Source: an uncultured Pseudomonadota bacterium
Lineage (GTDB): Bacteria > SAR324 > NAC60-12
DNA: 10,982 nt
Direction: 5' to 3'
Assembly (NCBI GenBank): GCA_913020725.1
Contig: CAJWCD010000117.1
Span: forward strand, 1-10,982
The notes under the pieces are model-generated. The model was given only the letters and a program-made list of their open reading frames with translations, did no database searches and was not told where the DNA came from. The position numbers and the translations under genes were made by a program. Positions 7,127 to 10,982 of this stretch are shown piece by piece (position 1 is the stretch's first letter; every line of letters starts with the position of its first letter).

Positions 7127-9436
7127 ATGCCAGCAACAACGAAGGGGACAAGATTGAAAGCGGGGCAGTCCGTGCGCCGCTACGAGGACGAGCGACTGAT
7201 CCGGGGCAAGGGTCGGTTTGTGGACAACATGAACATCGCAGGGCAGGCGTACCTGCACTTCCTACGCAGTTTCCATGGCCACGCCCGCATCCTGAGCATT
7301 GACACCGCCGCAGCCAAAGCCATGCCCGGCGTGCTGGGCATTTTCACCGGGCAGGACTTGCTACGCGACGGCGTACAGCCGATTCCGACCGCAATGCCCT
7401 TCACGCGCCCAGATGGCGAGCCTGCGTCGTCTGCCCCGTACTATCCGCTTGCCACCGATGCCGCCCGCTACATGGGGCAAGCCGTCGCTGCGGTCGTTGC
7501 GACAACTCCGGCACAGGCGGTGGAAGCCGCCGAGTGCATCGCAGTTGAGTACGAGGAACTGCCCACACTCATTTCCCTCAAGGACGCCGCCGCTCCGGAT
7601 GCTCCCCGGCTTTGGGAGGGAATGCCGGACAACATCGCTGCGGCCAAAACCCTTGGCGATGCAGAAGTGGTTGAGCAAGCCTTTGCCCAAGCCGCACGCG
7701 TCACGCGCTTGGAACTGGTCAACCCCCGGCTGGTCGGCAATCCCATCGAGCCGCGCACCTCCATCTGTGATTACGATCCGGAAAGCGGTCGGCGTACCCT
7801 ACACGCTGGACACCAGAGCGCGGGGCGTCTCAAGGGCGGACTCGCCCATGTGCTGCAAGCTGATCCGGAGGATTTCCACATTATCATTCAGGACGTCGGG
7901 GGTGGTTTCGGCACCAAAACCCCGCTCTATCCAGAAGACGCAACCCTCGTCTATGCCGCAGGCAAGCTCAAGCGTCCCATCAAGTGGCGCTCGACGCGCA
8001 GCGATGAGTTTCAGGCCACACTGCACGCCCGCAATCAGGAAAGTGTCGCCGAACTCGCCTGCGACGCCAACGGCAAAATCCTCGCGCTCCGGGCCGAAAC
8101 ACTGGCCAACGTGGGAGCCTACCTGCTTAATCCGGGCATGTTCATTCCGTTGTTCCTCACCACCACCGTGATCTCTTCGATGTACCACATCCCGGCACTG
8201 CACTTGAGTACGAAATGTGTGCTGACCAACACTGCCCCGCTAGGCGCCTTTCGGGGGGCGGGTCGTCCAGAGGGGGTGTATCTCACCGAGCGACTGGTGA
8301 ATCAAGCGGCCCGCGAACTCGGCATCGACCCCATCGAGTTCCGCAAGCGCAACATGATCACTCCGGAGCAGATGCCCTACACCACCCCTGTGGGAGAAAG
8401 TCTCGACAGCGGAAAATTCGCGGAGGTGCTGGATCGCGTACTAGAACAGGCCGATTGGCAGGGCTTCGAGAACCGCAAAGCAACCTCCCAGCAATCCGGA
8501 AAGCTCCGGGGGCGCGGTCTGGGCTGCTACATCGAGTGGACGGGTTCGGAACTAAATGAAACCGTCACTCTGCAAGCTGAAGGCTCCGGCGCCCTCACCC
8601 TGTTTTCAGGCACTCAAGCAATGGGACAAGGCATCGCCACCTCCTACCTGCAAATCCTTTCCGAGCAGTTGGGGCTGCCCGCCGAACAGCTTGCAATCGT
8701 GCAGGGCGACACCGACCGCACCGAGGGTCATGGCAGTGTCGGCTCGCGTTCGCTGTTCGTGGGCGGCACAGCCATGCTCAGCGGCATCGAGGATTTCCTC
8801 AAGGAAGGACGACGCCTCGCCGCCGAGGAACTGGAAGCCGCAACCGAGGACATGGAATACGAGGAAGGGCGGTTCACCGTCAAGGGCACCCACGTCGGCA
8901 TCGGCCTCTTTGAACTCGCCGGGCGTCAAGCCGGAGGCAAGTTTGCCACCAAGACCAAAAAGGAACTGGCAAGCCGTAGCTGGCCCAACGGTTGCCACGT
9001 CGCCGAAGTGGAGATTGATCCGGAAACCGGGCAGGTGCGGCTCGAACGTTACTTCAGTGTGGATGACGTCGGCAACGCGGTCAACCCGATGATCGTGGAG
9101 GGACAAATCCACGGCGGCATCGCCAACGGACTCGGGCAGGCGGTGCTGGAGCGCACGGTGTATGACGAAGCTGGACAATTGCTCACCGGCTCCTACATGG
9201 ATTACGCTCTGCCCCGCGCGGACGACCTGCCTGTGTTGTCCGGCAGCCTCTTTGAGGGCGTGCCCTGCCTCACCAACCCGCTGGGAGCCAAAGGCACCGG
9301 AGAAATCGGGGCGGTCGCCGGCCCCCCCGCTATCGTCCATGCGGTCCTCGATGCCCTTCGTGACCACGGCATTGACCGCATTGACATGCCCCTCTACCCG
9401 CAAAAAATCTGGGAGGCGCTGAACGCATCTGCTTGA
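7127..9436 (+). CDS. Xanthine dehydrogenase family molybdopterin-binding (large) subunit, CoxL form II / aldehyde oxidoreductase-like
   Basis: 769 aa with GQSVRRYEDERLIRGKGRFVDN, DVGGGFGTK, active-site loop GAFRGAGRPE, GTQAMGQG, GSVGSRS, DDVGNAVNPMIVEGQIHGG and NPLGAKGTGEIG (catalytic Glu). It lacks the form I CODH AYxCSFR motif. The start could alternatively be TTG ~7154. Confidence 0.93.
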   Translation: MPATTKGTRLKAGQSVRRYEDERLIRGKGRFVDNMNIAGQAYLHFLRSFHGHARILSIDTAAAKAMPGVLGIFTGQDLLRDGVQPIPTAMPFTRPDGEPASSAPYYPLATDAARYMGQAVAAVVATTPAQAVEAAECIAVEYEELPTLISLKDAAAPDAPRLWEGMPDNIAAAKTLGDAEVVEQAFAQAARVTRLELVNPRLVGNPIEPRTSICDYDPESGRRTLHAGHQSAGRLKGGLAHVLQADPEDFHIIIQDVGGGFGTKTPLYPEDATLVYAAGKLKRPIKWRSTRSDEFQATLHARNQESVAELACDANGKILALRAETLANVGAYLLNPGMFIPLFLTTTVISSMYHIPALHLSTKCVLTNTAPLGAFRGAGRPEGVYLTERLVNQAARELGIDPIEFRKRNMITPEQMPYTTPVGESLDSGKFAEVLDRVLEQADWQGFENRKATSQQSGKLRGRGLGCYIEWTGSELNETVTLQAEGSGALTLFSGTQAMGQGIATSYLQILSEQLGLPAEQLAIVQGDTDRTEGHGSVGSRSLFVGGTAMLSGIEDFLKEGRRLAAEELEAATEDMEYEEGRFTVKGTHVGIGLFELAGRQAGGKFATKTKKELASRSWPNGCHVAEVEIDPETGQVRLERYFSVDDVGNAVNPMIVEGQIHGGIANGLGQAVLERTVYDEAGQLLTGSYMDYALPRADDLPVLSGSLFEGVPCLTNPLGAKGTGEIGAVAGPPAIVHAVLDALRDHGIDRIDMPLYPQKIWEALNASA

Positions 9437-9484
9437 GGAGAAAATCTAAGGGAGAATTGCAAGCTGAGGAAATGTTGGGCTTGC

Positions 9485-10074
<590 letters not shown>

Positions 10075-10455
10075 TCATGGGAAGATGCGCACGAGCTTTT
10101 CGGACATGGTCTTGGAGTCAAAGGGTTTGACGACGTAGTCGTTGACCCCGGCCTTGACCGCCGCGACAATGTTCTCCTTGAGGACTTCGGCAGTCACCAT
10201 CAGCACGGGAATCTGCTTGAGATTCTCGTCGGCGCGGATCGCCTTGACCAGTTCCAGCCCGCTCATGTTGGGCATGTTCCAGTCGGTGATCACGAAGTCG
10301 AAGGCTTGGGAGTTGAGTAGGGTCAGCGCGGCATTGCCGTCCTCCGCCTCATCGACATTGTGGAAGCCAAGTTGACGCAGGATGTTGCGCACAATTTTCC
10401 GCATGATCGAGAAATCGTCCACGACAAGAATTTTCATTTCCGGGTTGGCCGGCAT
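10075..10455 (-). CDS. cheY: Chemotaxis response regulator CheY
   Basis: [31 protein letters not shown]...[14 protein letters not shown]...MVTAE...YVVKPF has the acidic pair, phospho-Asp, Thr and Lys of CheY. ATG 10455 (126 aa) is preferred over the track's start at 10503, which lies inside the putative IS end. Confidence 0.93.
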   Translation of the reverse strand: MPANPEMKILVVDDFSIMRKIVRNILRQLGFHNVDEAEDGNAALTLLNSQAFDFVITDWNMPNMSGLELVKAIRADENLKQIPVLMVTAEVLKENIVAAVKAGVNDYVVKPFDSKTMSEKLVRIFP

Positions 10456-10477
10456 AAGGCGATCCGTGATTGTAAGT

Positions 10478-10982
10478 CTGATGTCACGCAACGCATCTAA
10501 CACATTGAAATCACTTACTAAAAATAGGATTATTGTGTTTCAGCGAGTTTGGTTTCATGTTATTTTTACGAAAAATATTAGTAATCCAGATTTTTTATCA
10601 AAAAACAATCCGCATATTCAGCGTGACAAAAAACGTTGTGCTTTTCAAGAAAATCAATTTTCATGCTGATGGCTGATTTTCCTGATCCTGAAATTGAGAC
10701 TCAAATGATCCTTGTGAGGTTTTTATGATTCGTGCCCTTCTGGAAGTGTATTCGGACGACCTGATTATTTCCTCATCCCAAACCACGGCGACCGGCCTGT
10801 CGAAAGTGCTGGAGAACTGTTTCTCGTTTCCAGCGACAGGGAGCTTTCCTTTGATGAAATCGCGGCGATCTCTCAGAAACGATGGAAAGTTGAGGATTTT
10901 TATAAATCTGTTAAATCAAATGCTGCTTTCGCAAAATCACCGGCAAGCACGGTGAGAACTCAAAGCAATCACTGCTTTGCGG
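10478..10982 (+). mobile_element. IS701-family insertion sequence remnant (left end plus internally deleted transposase; runs off the window)
   Basis: The sequence turns sharply AT-rich from ~10490. CTGATGTCACGCA at 10478-10490 resembles my recollection of termini of this IS group, so the boundary is approximate. Transposase fragments lie at 10725-10982. Confidence 0.7.
10725..10982 (+). pseudogene. IS701-family DDE transposase, internally deleted and frameshifted
   Basis: One frame gives MIRALLEVYSDDLIISSSQTTATGLSKVLE (N-terminal YSDYL..S...TTATGLS motif). From ~10802 another frame gives SAGELFLVSSDRELSFDEIAAISQKRWKVEDFYKSVKSNAAFAKSPASTVRTQSNHCFA, the C-terminal Y-x2-R-W-x2-E-x6-K region. 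The central part is absent. Confidence 0.82.

Noticed and set aside
7127..9436. Authentic aerobic CO dehydrogenase (form I coxL)
   Set aside because: It lacks the Cu-binding AYxCSFR motif and adjacent coxM/coxS/accessory genes.
9459..9484. Terminator between the convergent molybdoenzyme and cheB genes (GCAAGC...GCTTGC)
   Set aside because: Only a 6-bp stem with a long loop and no U-tract on either strand.
10382..10669. 95-aa plus-strand ORF
   Set aside because: It is antisense to the cheY start and runs through the AT-rich IS end, with no recognisable motifs.

Overview
GC-rich bacterial genomic window. The left half (1-5499, minus strand) is one uninterrupted reading frame that the supplied ORF track missed because it runs off the window without a stop. 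By hand translation it is a >=1833-aa lipoprotein with 15 complete and one partial ~115-aa Calx-beta/Ig-like repeats, and about 49 D-N-X-S/T motifs, which suggests N-glycosylation with an Asp(-1) sequon. Its divergent intergenic region holds a 66-bp tandem repeat (~2.8 copies) and a possible structured leader with an out-of-frame upstream ATG. The right half has class 1 fructose-1,6-bisphosphatase (fbp), an inverted pair of GTAG-type REP-like hairpins, a stand-alone xanthine dehydrogenase/CoxL form II-like molybdopterin subunit, a decayed REC-less cheB in frame behind an intact cheY, and an internally deleted IS701-family remnant just upstream of cheY. Family assignments rest on motif recognition, not database searches.
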